64,000 nt of DNA. It comes from Octopus sinensis (lineage: Eukaryota). Both the position numbers and the translations under genes were made by a program. The DNA is taken from positions 181,536,001-181,600,000 of the forward strand of contig NC_042997.1 of assembly GCF_006345805.1 (NCBI RefSeq), written 5' to 3'. Under the pieces are notes generated by a model. The model had not been told where the DNA came from and made no database searches. It was given only the letters and a program-made list of their open reading frames with translations. Positions 42,675-55,075 of this stretch are shown here, piece by piece; the stretch's first letter is position 1; every line of letters begins with the position of its first letter.

Positions 42675-42975
42675 TTCCTATCATTTATAAACTCTCTTGC
42701 CTCTCTCACTCCAACACCTCTGACTACCAAAGCTTTCCTCACTCCATCCATCCACACAAACCGAGGTCTGCTTCTGGTTCTGCTGCCTACCACTTCTGCC
42801 TCTAACATCCTCCTTACCATCCGCTCCTCGTCCATCCTCTCCATGTGGCCAAACCACTTCAACATTCGTCTATTCATTTTGGTTGCTAGTTTTTCTCTCT
42901 TTCCTGCTCGCCTTTGCACCTCCTCATTCTTCATCCTGTCCATCCGTGTCACACCAACCATAGCCCTCAGAGTGT
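42675..42975 (-). pseudogene. RTE-clade LINE 3' fragment
   Basis: LRAMVGVTRMDRMKNEEV..LKWFGHMERMDEER..GSRTRSRPRFVWMDGV. Confidence 0.85.
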
Positions 42976-43768
42976 TTGTGGACAGATGAGAGAATTTTGA
43001 TGTTGCCCAAAGAGGTACAGAACCAGCATCATGCGGCGGGGGTAAACCAGCATACGCTGTCGGGCCCCGCTGCTGATACTGTGTTCTATGCTTTGATCCG
43101 AGCATAGAACGGGGCTCGCCCCTTTGAACTGGGAAATGAATGGAATGCCTGGTGTGTGTCTTGCTGCGGTTATCTCCTAAAAAACAAAAAAAGCAGGGAA
43201 TAGGCCTGGGTATAGATATGTATTATAGGCACAAGGCCTGAAATTTTAGAGGAGAGGGCTAGTCGATTACATCGACATTAGTGTGCGGCTAGTACTTATT
43301 TTATCGACACCGAAAGGATGAAAGGTAAAATCAATCTCGACGGCATTTGAACTGAGAACGTAAAGACGGACTGAATGATACTACGCATTTTGTCCGGCGT
43401 GCTAATGGTTCTATAAGTTAGTTGCCTTGTTAAGTATAAACTTGAAAGCTGAGTGAATGGAGAGAAGTTACAACTTGATGAAATCTCCAGATGGTTTAAA
43501 TGCACAAGTCTCCCATATCCAAATGACCTAACGTATCAGCGGAAGGGCATCCAGAAATTGTGAACTGGATGGGGCCCAGCCCATTTACAGTATAAGTAGG
43601 TAAGGGCCGAAGACTTGCTTGAGGTGGGTTTCTCCCTTGAGAGTTTCTTATCACTGCGAGGTCGTTGCCTTCATAAAATAATAAATGATGCTAACAATTT
43701 GAGTGATGCCTGAACATAACAATTATATGCATGGGTATAATAGTAGGATTTTCAACTCCACAAATATT

Positions 43769-44168
43769 CTTTTCTACTCTAGACATAAGGCCCGAAATTT
43801 TTGGGGAGCAGGGGCCAGTCAATTAGATCGATCCCATTACGCAACTGGTATTTAATTTATCGACCCCGAAAGGATGAAAGGCAAAGTCGACCTCGGCGGA
43901 GTTTAAACTCAGAACGTAAAAACAGACGAAATACCTATTTCTTTACTACCCACGAGGGACTAAACACAGAAAGGACAAACAAGGACAGACAAACGGATTA
44001 AGTCGATTATATCGACCCAGTTCGTAACTGGTATTTTATTTATCAACCCCGAAAGGATGGAAGACAAAGTCGACCTCGGCGGAATTTGAACTCAGAACGT
44101 AACGGCAGACGAAATACCGCTAAGCATTTCGCCCGGCGGGCAAACGTTTCTGCCAGCTCGCCGTCTTA
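43769..44168 (-). mobile_element. Dimeric SINE family A with 15-bp TSD
   Basis: TSD AACTCCACAAATATT at 43754-43768 and 44169-44183; two core repeats between them. Confidence 0.92.
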
Positions 44169-45045
44169 AACTCCACAAATATTAGTTCTCTATAGTGCTT
44201 GACAGGTAAACATTCAACGGAATACTTCAGAGGATCCCATAAATATAGTAGGAACTTGAGGTAGTGCTTATTTTTCTTGTAAGAGTTCCTGTAATCTACA
44301 ATGTGATACAATTTAGCTGTGTCTCATCTTTCGTCCACCTGACGTAGGCCATTGTTTTTCGTTCGTAGGGGAGCCTGTGAGGACGGGGCAGACAAATTAC
44401 TATGTTTAGCAAAGCTAAGATGGTTTAAAACTTTTTTAAACTTCTTCCATAGCCTGAAACACAAGAAAATCATTTGGATGCAGATCTTTGACTTGTCATT
44501 AATAAAGAGGAGGGGTGAAGCAAAAATTTCACTTTTTTCTTTTTAGGGCGAAACTTGCTGCTTGTCAATGTAAGAATCTGTACTCCAAGCGATTATAATG
44601 TTACTGTTTTCTTCAGCCAGAGACCTACTAGTTATAATTAACTTCAGGGAAATATGCTTGTTCTGAGCCTTTAAAAAACTTTGTTGTGCTGATAATCCTG
44701 ACCATCAATATTTATATCATATTGAGGCAGTGAACTAACAGAACCGTTAATACGCCAAGCAAAGTGCTTAGCGGCATTTCGTCTGTCTTTACGTTTTGTG
44801 ATCAAATTTCGCCGACTTCGACTTTACCTTTCATAATTTCGGGATCAATAAAATAAGTACCATTTGATGCAATCGACTTATTCCCTTCCCCTAACCCGCT
44901 GGTTTTGTGCCAAAATTTGAAATCGATATTTATATCAGTTATTTTTAAAAAGTTAATTAAACAAAAATACAATAAAACATTTTTCAAGTCAGTAGCAACC
45001 TTTATGCAATTATTAAAAATGACAACAAATTCTGAGGCTTCATAT

Positions 45046-45270
45046 TTTGAACATGGGAATACGCTTTAGCAGGCGCGTGATTTCGTACGACTACAGCCCT
45101 GGAAAACACTAAGCAAATGGCCACATGGTTTTGGTTTACGGCTTACTGATTGGCAGAAACATCGTTATTTTTAGCCGTAAACACAATACCACGTGACTCA
45201 CCGCTTTTATTTCTTCCAAGAGTATATTGAAATGGAATTGCGCCCGCTAAAGCGTACTCGTAGGTTCAAA
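45046..45270. mobile_element. MITE with ~30-bp imperfect TIRs
   Basis: TTTGAACATGGGAATACGCTTTAGCAGGCGC / GCGCCCGCTAAAGCGTACTCGTAGGTTCAAA. Confidence 0.7.
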
Positions 45271-45999
45271 GGGAAACATCACCAAAGAAATCTCTGAGTA
45301 AAGATTCGAATTTCAATATATATTATTAGACAAAGGTGGTGAGCTGCAGAATCATTAGCACGCCGGGTAAAATGTTAAGCAGCATTTCGCCTATTTTGCT
45401 GAGGTCGGCTTTGCCTTTCTTCATTTCGGGGTCGATAAAATAAGTACCAATTGACTTGCTGCCCTTGTGCCAAAATGAGAGAGAAGGAATTTACTGTTAA
45501 CTGACCAACTCTCATCAGTTGATCGAGCGGAAACATTTTATAAAATCCCAGATACGTTAAATATCTTGTCACCTCGTTACATTCCTGATCATCTGTCTCC
45601 AGTTGGTTACATTTAGTGTTAAACATTCTCAAATAATTCAAAGACACATCGAAGTATAACGTTAAGTATACAAACCGAAACATCAAAATGCAACCTAAAA
45701 AGAAATATTAACAAAACAAGAGGAAGTACAAGAAGTGGTGTTATAGTTGGAACTCATAAAACTCCGCGCCTACTAAAGAAGAACAAAAAAACTATATTCA
45801 CCATCCTCGCAACAGATGGAGTTAAAGTGAAAGAGTGAAATTCGCATTGCCTATGCTCCTTCAATCTTAAATACATTCCTTCTACAGAGAGGCTAAGCAT
45901 ATACAGAGAATGAGTGCCAAACTAGCTGCTGTAAGTTTTATTTTTCACTTAATTCAAGGATATTCAGAAAAACTCTAAGCATCGAAGAATATCAACTGG

Positions 46000-47809
46000 C
46001 TGATCATCGGGTCACGATCCGTTGAAAATTTCCAGAAAATCCCTAGCCTAGTATTGTCGAGAGGTATTACCGGTTCGAGATAAAATTCTAACGACACCAA
46101 AGTGTCGTCGACTGGACCTGACCAATATGAAAGAAGGGCAACGAAACCCATCTAAACACACACGTCCAGTGCATGTAAACATAAAGCTTGTAGACCATCC
46201 AAACCAGGTATTGTTAACTTGTGCAGCTATGTCAAATAGCGGTTGTCACGTAAAACGGATCTGAGCGTTGCCACTGTAACAATCTTATGATCGGCCACGT
46301 TATACACTGTATATCAATTATAGCACACCCGTATATCATCCGCGAAGGCTTTTCCAAGATAAAAGTCACATGCATAACATCGTTTATTTATTTACTTGAT
46401 TAATCATACTATTATTATCTATTTATTATTCATATGTTTATTAACTATTTATTATTTATATATTTATTATCTATTTATTATTCATAAATTTTATTTATTT
46501 ATTCATTTATTTACGTATCTATTCTTTAATATATTTATCGTTTGTACACAGCTGGTAACCTTTCCGATTAGGTCGCTTATCAAAGACCTACGTTACATTA
46601 TTTAAATTCAACTTAGAGATGATTTGTACAAAATAAGCGACTATAAGATTACAATGAAACGAAATTTTACATTATTGAAATTTTAAAAGAAACAAGAAAA
46701 ACATTTTAACATTTTTTTTCTATGGAAAAAATTCAAACTTCTTTCAATAACATAATATAACATAATACCATAACATACAAATACACGTTAGTGTTGTATT
46801 TCCATCAGTATTATGCTGTCTGCCTGTTCAGACCATCTCTAGAAAGGCTTGTTTGATCAAAAGGAAAATTTAAGCGCCGCTCAGTGGTCATCAATTAACG
46901 AATGACACTAAAACAGAAAATACACAAATTGTTATTACTGTCATATAATGACAGTTATTGAGTAAAAGATTTCTATTATGGCAATAAAGCATAGAAAATC
47001 ACTCTACAGTAGTGTCTGATACTGCAATTGTAATTAGTTGATTGCTGTTTGTAATTAGTAGATTACAAATGACAACAGATATTTATCTTCTTTCGATTTT
47101 GCACAAAGGCTCAATGTTTAAGCGGGCTGCGACTGATTAATTGAAATGCCCATTCATAACTTTCTGAAGGGCATTAGTAGTATAAGTGAAGTGGCTGCCA
47201 CCGAAGATTGAAATCGCGTTGAAACGTGTCAACCAGAATGTCTCTAGTGGCCGTTCGACTTGCTAAAGTTAGCAGCCAAAACTCCTTCAATTCAAATCTT
47301 ACTATCTTTTAAAAGGGAAGAACACCTTGGCTATTGCTGCTCCTCATACAAAAAACAAGATGGAAGTGTCCTGACAGTAATGATTTTGACAAAAGGTCTG
47401 CCTCTTCAGGGCTAAAATGCAGTTTATACAACAGAAACCACCGCCGCCACCACCACCATCACCATCATTACCACAACACCAACAACAACTATCCGCTCTT
47501 CCCAACCAAAAGAAGGCAACTATCTTCCCAATGAATTTAGCTGATAGTCGGATCCGTCTTACGTGATAACCCCTATTTGACATAGCTGCCCAAGTTAACA
47601 ATACCTGGTTTGGATGGTCTACAAGCTTTATGTTTACATGCAATGGACGTGTGTGCTCAGTAGAGTTTCGTTGCCCTGCGTTCATTTTCGTCAGGTCCAG
47701 TCGACGACACTTTGGTGTCATTAGAATTCATCTTGAACCAGCAATACTTTTCCACAACAATACTAGGGATTTTCTGGAAATTTTCAACGGATCGCGACCT
47801 GAAGATCAG
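46000..47809. repeat. ~260-bp inverted repeat pair around a 1.3-kb spacer
   Basis: 46000-46263 is the imperfect reverse complement of 47548-47809. Confidence 0.85.
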
Positions 47810-47811
47810 TT

Positions 47812-47847
<36 letters not shown>

Positions 47848-48403
47848 CACACACACACACACACACTCTATCACACACTCTCTCTCTCTCGTTGGACAAT
47901 GATGAAAAGAAATTCAAATAATTTTTTGAAAAATAACTTTTATTAAAACAAGAAACACCCCTTGGAGTAGCCACCTGGTTTTGCCATTTCTAAAGGCCAA
48001 GAATCACTTTCTATTGAAAGAACTGACCACCTGTATAGAAGTAAACACATGCTTCTTCTTTCTCTCTTTCTTCTTCCTTTCCTTCTCTTTTCCATTGACG
48101 CTCCTTTCAGATACAAAGGCACACGCACACACACACGCACGCACTCTCTCTCACTTTCTCCCCATTCTTCACCCTCTTTTACTATCCTATATCTCTCTCC
48201 ACCCCCACACACTCAATAATACTATAAAAAGAGACGAATCTCCTCAAAAAATTCAATCTGAAGAATCCACTAGAGTGGATGCAAGCGCTATTATATGATT
48301 TATAAAAACATGTGACATATTAATAAAAATCTGCAAATATAAAACCATCCAGATTTCTGAGTACCTTACTTCTTCTAATACACACACACACACACACACA
48401 CAT

Positions 48404-48500
<97 letters not shown>

Positions 48501-48591
48501 AGTAAACAACAGGTTTGTACGATGAAAATCCAACTATATTCTATATAAAGTCATACAAACTCGGATATATATATATATATACATATGTATG

Positions 48592-48640
<49 letters not shown>

Positions 48641-48960
48641 ACTGTGACTGAGGGTGAGTTCACGCCAATTATAAGCTTGAACAAGTCCAGCGCGTCCTCG
48701 TTAGTTGCTGCTGGGAGGGGGGGGATTCGTATCACACACATATTATTGTGGTTTTAAGCACTATATATATATTTTACTTCTGGAACGAATACGGCACTTT
48801 ATATTTTTCAACGATGTAATACTATAATAAATATAATACAAAGATATCCACACACACACACACACACACACACATGCATGTGTGTGAGTGTGTATGTAAA
48901 AAATATATATATATACATACATATATATATATATATATATAGATATATTATATATATAAT

Positions 48961-48997
<37 letters not shown>

Positions 48998-49903
48998 ATA
49001 ATACGCACTTGTATATCTATGTCTATCTTTCTATCCATAAGTGCGGCGAAAGATTTTCAGACAATGGACATAAAATAAGAACAGTAATAAACGAGTGAAG
49101 AATGAAAATATAGAGCGTGTGGTTATATGGCAAAAAAAGAAACTGACTATCTGGAAATATAATATATACGTAATGGATTCTTTCGTCGTGAAAGACAAAT
49201 ACGGGTTCAGTAAAATAAGGCGTTAATCATGTTTTATGGACACATATGTGTCTCTTGAGGCTTGCTAGTGCCTTGCGGATCTTCTGACTCTGATACAGTT
49301 TTGTTAGCCGGAGATTTTGTGAGCTAACCTTTTCTGATGGTAATCTTGAAGGTTTTGTGGTTGACATTGTGCACAAAAAGATCTTCCAATTGGTTGTCGT
49401 GAGTGACTTCCTCTACGACATGTATGTAGTTTTTCTTTCTATGGACTACTGCAGTACAGGTATGGTTAAATAATTTGGATATTTGCAAGGTATGGTTTTA
49501 GATGTATGGGCAGTTGGTATAAAACTTTTAGATCCCTGGCCAGTTGACGAAACTAAAGGTTCGGGTATTGTATATTATACGATAGGAGCGTGTTCTGTGG
49601 GATTTTGTCTGATGAAGCCGCAATTGGTTAATCTAGTAGTTGTAGAAATAGAGATGCTGCGATGAAGGTTTGATTTTGAAGAAAGCGATTAAGGATGTTT
49701 GGTATATCAATGTATTTATCACGTATAGGTATAAGTGTGGGTGGTTGTAGGGTTTGGCACTTCAGAGTAACAGATGCTTAGGCCTCTATGCTTGAAGCGT
49801 CGATAATGAGTGAATATGTATGCTTGTTTCTCTTTCTCTCTCACTCACTCCGATCCTTCCTTCCTTCCTTCCTTCCTTCCTTCCTTCCTTCCTTCCTTCC
49901 TTC

Positions 49904-49950
<47 letters not shown>

Positions 49951-50000
49951 TCATTTTTCATTTTTTTTTCACTTTCTCTCTCTCTCTATCTACCTATGTG

Positions 50001-50132
<132 letters not shown>

Positions 50133-50611
50133 ACTATCTATCTATCTACTCGTGTGAAAGACAGAAAGTGACGTGTTTGTTGATATAGTTCAATGACATA
50201 TGATTGCAAGGTTGCAAGGCTACTAAGAATATAGGCACTCCGATGTAGATAAATAAATACACAAAGGGACAGCTGGATAAAAAGAGAGAAAGAGAGAAGA
50301 TAGAGAAAAACAGAGAGAGAGAGAGAGATCGGAGAGAGAGAAAGATTCAACAAACGGTAAACAGTGAAGAGGTATACAGACATTAGAAGAGTAGATAAGA
50401 ATAAATAAGAATAAAATAAAAACAGATAAAGTAAATCGAAGAATGTATATTTGTATGCATTTGCGTAAAAGAACGTCTACATTTAAGTATGTCTTCTATT
50501 AATGCAGGTGGCCACCTGTCTTGATAAGCACACATACATACATGCATACATACGGACGTACGTACGTACATACATACATTCATACATACATGCTTGCATG
50601 CATATTTATAT

Positions 50612-50674
<63 letters not shown>

Positions 50675-50743
50675 ATATATATAAAACATTATTGGTGAAT
50701 TGAAGAAATGGAGCTGAACGCAGATTGAACAGAATCGTTTTAT

Positions 50744-50829
50744 TTCATTCTACACGTGTTTCGAAAGGCACAAATTACCAAAATCCGATTGAATAATGGG
50801 ACCATATTGGTCTTTCTCTTCAGGAAGAA
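50744..50829 (-). ncRNA. Type I hammerhead ribozyme (predicted), Penelope pLTR style
   Basis: TTCTTC CTGAAGA GAAAG-(44 nt)-CTTTC GAAAC ACGT GTA GAATGAA: 5-bp stem II, palindromic stem III ACACGTGT, GUA triplet. Lies in island 50683-50922 flanked by (TA)n. Confidence 0.75.
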
Positions 50830-51284
50830 AAAAGGAAATCCGTTGGAAAAAAAAAAAACAGAACAGAGGCAGAGCAAAAAACAAATCGAACTGTGCTCCT
50901 AAGACCCCATGGCGAAAACTGTTATATATATATATATATAATATATATGTATGTAAATATATATACATACATTTAAATATGTATATGTCTTCATATGTAT
51001 TATATATATATAGATATATATATATATATATATATATGATATATATATATATAATGCATGCATCATCATGTACATTTATACTTAAATAACACACACACAC
51101 ATATATATGCAACATGACCATCCCCAAATACAACAATATATATATATATAATACAAAATATATATATATACACATACATATATGTATGTATATAAGGATA
51201 TATCTTTGTATGCATATAAAATATTTATGCATGTACATTCATATATATATTACATACATTATATATATATATTATAATATATAT

Positions 51285-51322
<38 letters not shown>

Positions 51323-51885
51323 ACATAACATACATACATTCATATATACATATATACATACACGTATGTGCCCCCAAAGATATATAATTAAATCCATTTC
51401 GTATTTAATAAAGAAAAAAAGAAAACAATTCTTTTAAGAAACCCATTTATTTGGCAGCTGCATCAGAAAGTATTGGTGTAATGATGCAATCCTCTTTTAT
51501 CTTACTTAATATAGTGATGGATCCCCTGCAGCTATTCAATGCTATTCTTTCTTACAACAGAATCCACATTGTGTCTGAAAGATTTTCATCAATGCAATCT
51601 GATTAAGAAGGACTTCCTTCTCACGTTACGAAATATATAGACACGAGCTACACACGGACACAAGCACAGATAGACACACACACACACACCCACAACACAC
51701 ACATACGCGCGCACACACACATGCACACGTACACAAACGCATATACATTGACATACACACATGCGTGAATGTTGTACATGCAGATATATATATATATTTA
51801 AAATAACACACACAAAGGTAAGTATTTGTCTGTCTGGAATGTTGTGAGCTGCAGACGGATGAATATTCTCGCAGATTATCAGCAC

Positions 51886-51936
<51 letters not shown>

Positions 51937-52216
51937 TACATTAAATGTGTGTGTTTGTGTGTGTGTGTGTGTGTGTGTTTGTGTATGTGTGTCCCTGCGT
52001 GAGTGTATACATATATGTATGTATATATATGTCTGTATGCATATGCATGTATATTCTTATGTATCTATATCTGTATCTGTATCTGTAATCGACGGCTTAT
52101 ATTTATTTGCTGCCGATAAATTTGGCGCGAGTGCGACGATTTGAAAATTTTAGGTCAGATATTACCTTGGCAGGGTCGGAAATGCCTCGTGAAAATATTC
52201 TGTTCCGACTTGGGCT

Positions 52217-52322
52217 ATTTCTTACTGAAGAATCTGAGGGCCTATGGAAGATTGGCTTGATTTAATTTAATCAGGTTAGTTTACCATTAAACAGCAGATG
52301 AAACGTGCATCGTATAAGAATT
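52217..52322 (+). ncRNA. Type I hammerhead ribozyme, array copy 1
   Basis: ATTTCTTA CTGAAGA ATCTG..CAGAT GAAACGTGCATCGTA TAAGAA. Confidence 0.8.
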
Positions 52323-52705
52323 CAGGGTAAATGTTTTTTAAATTTTCTCCTGGTTTACGGAATTAATTTTTATTTGCGGTTGAAGCTTGGCTGTTATTTC
52401 TAGTGGGTGAATGGCCTATTATGGCCGTTCCTTGATTGTTGATGTTGAACTTAAAAATGGTCTATGACTATTAATTTTTTCCCACTAGGCCGCTGGTGGC
52501 AAAAAGATTCTACAAAATTTTTTTTGCCACCCTATATTGATTAATTATGAATTTTCTGGTTAATTCCGTAATGGATCGACGGCTTATATTTATTGCTGCC
52601 GATTAAATTTGGCGCGAGAGTGCGACGATTTGAAAATTTTAGGTCAGATTATTACCTTGGCAGGGTCGGAAATGCCTCGTGAAAATATCTGTTCCGAATT
52701 GGGCT

Positions 52706-52813
52706 ATTTCTTACTGAAGAATCTGAGGGCCTATGGAAGATTGGCTTGATTTAATTTAATCAGGTTAGTTTACCATTAAACAAGCAGATGAAACGGTGCA
52801 TCGTATAAGAAAT
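52706..52813 (+). ncRNA. Type I hammerhead ribozyme, array copy 2
   Basis: ATTTCTTA CTGAAGA ATCTG..CAGAT GAAACGGTGCATCGTA TAAGAAAT. Confidence 0.85.
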
Positions 52814-53201
52814 TACAGGGTAAATGTTTTTTAAATTTTCTCCTGGTTTACGGAATTAATTTTTATTTGCGGTTGAAGCTTTGGCTGTTATTTCTAGTGG
52901 GTGAATGGCCTATTATGGCCGTTCCTGATTGCTGTTGATGTTGAACTTAAAAATGGTCTATGACTATTTAATTTTTTCCACACTAGGCCGTGGTGGCAAA
53001 AAGATTCTACAAAATTTTTTTTGCCACCCTATATTGATTAATTATGAATTTTCTGGTTAATTCCGTAATGGAATCGACGGCTTATATTTATTTGCTGCCG
53101 ATAAATTTGGCGCGAGTGCGACGATTTGAAAAATTTAGGTCAGCTATTACCTTGGCAGGGTCGGAAATGCCTCGTGAAAATATCTGTTCCGACCTTGGGC
53201 T

Positions 53202-53308
53202 ATTTCTTACTGAAGAATCTGAGGGCCTATGGAAGATTGGCTTGATTTAATTTAATCAGGTTAGTTTACCATTAAACAGCAGATGAAACGGTGCATCGTA
53301 TAAGAAAT
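53202..53308 (+). ncRNA. Type I hammerhead ribozyme, array copy 3
   Basis: 8-bp stem I, 5-bp stem II base, stem III ACGG/TCGT; predicted cleavage after GUA at 53300. Confidence 0.87.
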
Positions 53309-53680
53309 TACAGGGTAAATGTTTTTTAAATTTTCTCCTGGTTTACGGAATTAATTTTTATTTGCGGTTGAAGCTTTGGCTGTTATTTCTAGGGGTGAAT
53401 GGCCTATTATGGCAGTTCCTTGATGTGATGTTGAACGAAAATGGTCTATAACTATTTATTTTTTTCACTAGGCCGCTGGTGGCAAAAAGATTCTACAAAA
53501 TTTTTTTTGCCACCCTATATTGATTAATTATGAATTTTTGGTTTAATTCCGTAATGGAATCGACGGATTATTTTATTTGCGCCGATAAATTGGCGCGGTG
53601 CGACGATTTGAAAATTTTAGGTCAGGATACCTGGCAGGGTCGGAAATTGCCTCGTGAAAATATCTGTTCCGACTTGGGCT

Positions 53681-53787
53681 ATTTCTTACTGAAGAATCTG
53701 AGGGCCTATGGAAGATTGGCCTGATTTAATTTAATCAGGTTGTTACCATTAAACAGCAGATGAAAACGGTTGCATCGTATAAGAAAT
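53681..53787 (+). ncRNA. Type I hammerhead ribozyme, array copy 4
   Basis: Same motif with 1-nt insertions (GAAAAC, GGTTGC). Confidence 0.72.
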
Positions 53788-54171
53788 TACAGGGTAAATG
53801 TTTTTTAAATTTTCTCCTGGTTTACGGAATTAATTTTTATTTGCGGTTGAAGCTTTGGCTGTTATTTCTAGTGGGTGAATGGCCATTATGGCCGTTCCTT
53901 GATTGTTGATGTTTGACTTAAAAATGGTCTATGACTATTTAATTTTTTCCCACTAGGCCGCTGGTGGCAAAAAGATTCTACAAAATTTTTTTTGCCACCT
54001 ATATGATTAATTATGAATTTTTTCTGGTTAATTCCGTAATGGAATCGACGGCTTATATTTATTTGCGCCGATAAAATTTGGCGCGAGTGCGACGATTTGA
54101 AAATTTGTAGGTCAGATATTACCTTGGCAGGTCTGAAATGCCTCGTGAAAATATCTGTTCCGACTTGGGCT

Positions 54172-54277
54172 ATTTCTTACTGAAGAATCTGAGGGCCTAT
54201 GGAAGATTGGCTTGATTTAATTTAATCAGGTTAGTTTACCATTAAACAGCAGATGAAACGGTGCATCGTATAAGAAT
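54172..54277 (+). ncRNA. Type I hammerhead ribozyme, array copy 5
   Basis: Intact core and stems; GUA at 54268-54270. Confidence 0.83.
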
Positions 54278-54656
54278 TACAGGGTAAATGTTTTTTAAAT
54301 TTTCTCCTGGTTACGGAATTAATTTATTTTGCGGTTGAAACTTTGGCTGTTATTCTAGTGGTGAATGGCCTATTATGGCCGTTCCTTGATTGTTGATGTT
54401 GAACTTAAAAATGGTCTATGACTATTTAATTTTTTCCCACTCGCCGCGCTGGCAAAAAGATTCTACAAAATTTTTTTTGCCACCCTATATTGATTAATTA
54501 TGAATTTTCTGGTTAATTCCGTAATGGAATCGACGGCTTATATTTATTTGCTGCCGATAAATTTGGCGCGAGTGCGACGATTTGAAATTTTTAGGTCAGA
54601 TATTACCTTGGCAGGGTCGGAAATGCCTCGTGAAAATATCTGTTCCGACTTGGGCT

Positions 54657-54761
54657 ATTCTTACTGAAGAATCTGAGGGCCTATGGAGATTGGCTTGATT
54701 TAATTTAATCAGGTTAGTTTACCATTAAACAGCAGATGAAACGGTGCATCGTATAAGAAAT
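54657..54761 (+). ncRNA. Type I hammerhead ribozyme, array copy 6
   Basis: Intact core and stems; GUA at 54751-54753. Confidence 0.83.
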
Positions 54762-55075
54762 TACAGGGTAAATGTTTTTTAAATTTTCTCCTGGTTTACG
54801 GAATTAATTTTTATTTGGGGGAAGCTTTGGCTGTTATTTCTATGGGTTGAATGGCCTATTATGGCCGTTCCTGATTGTTGATATACATATATATATATAT
54901 ATATACAATTTTTACAAGAAAATGGAAAAACAGACTTCACTTGTAAAATATAACATTTGTCACTGTGCTGTGGCAGGAGTTTTAAGTTGCTGAGTTTTCT
55001 TTCTCATATCATTACATAAAATCTATTTTATATATAATAATATAAATATGATTCAGTATATATATATATATGATA

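Larger units (their letters stand above)
52087..54882 (+). repeat. Tandem array of ~490-bp hammerhead-containing units (retrozyme-like), about 5.7 copies
   Basis: ATCGACGG recurs at 52088, 52575, 53073, 53559, 54044 and 54529 (period 485-498). Copies differ mostly by 1-nt indels. Flanked by microsatellites. Confidence 0.95.

Noticed and set aside
47334-47534. His-rich ORF
   Set aside because: Derived from (CAC/CAT/AAC)n trinucleotide tracts with no exon evidence.
47799-47812. CTGAAGA as a hammerhead core
   Set aside because: No stem II, GAAA or stem III follows; it runs into (CA)n.
49200-49730. Penelope RT remnant on the minus strand
   Set aside because: Only one weak motif (LEDLFVHNVNHKTFKITI); too degenerate to list as a feature.
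52087-54882. Array as CRISPR, rDNA/5S/snRNA cluster or protein-coding repeat
   Set aside because: No repeat-spacer alternation and no recognisable rRNA or snRNA. The short ORFs (53044-53250, 53530-53724) are not preserved between copies.
52087-54882. Antisense ribozyme (ambisense, viroid-like symmetric replication)
   Set aside because: No TCNTCAG on the + strand of the unit, so no minus-strand hammerhead. Other ribozyme classes were not recognisable by eye.
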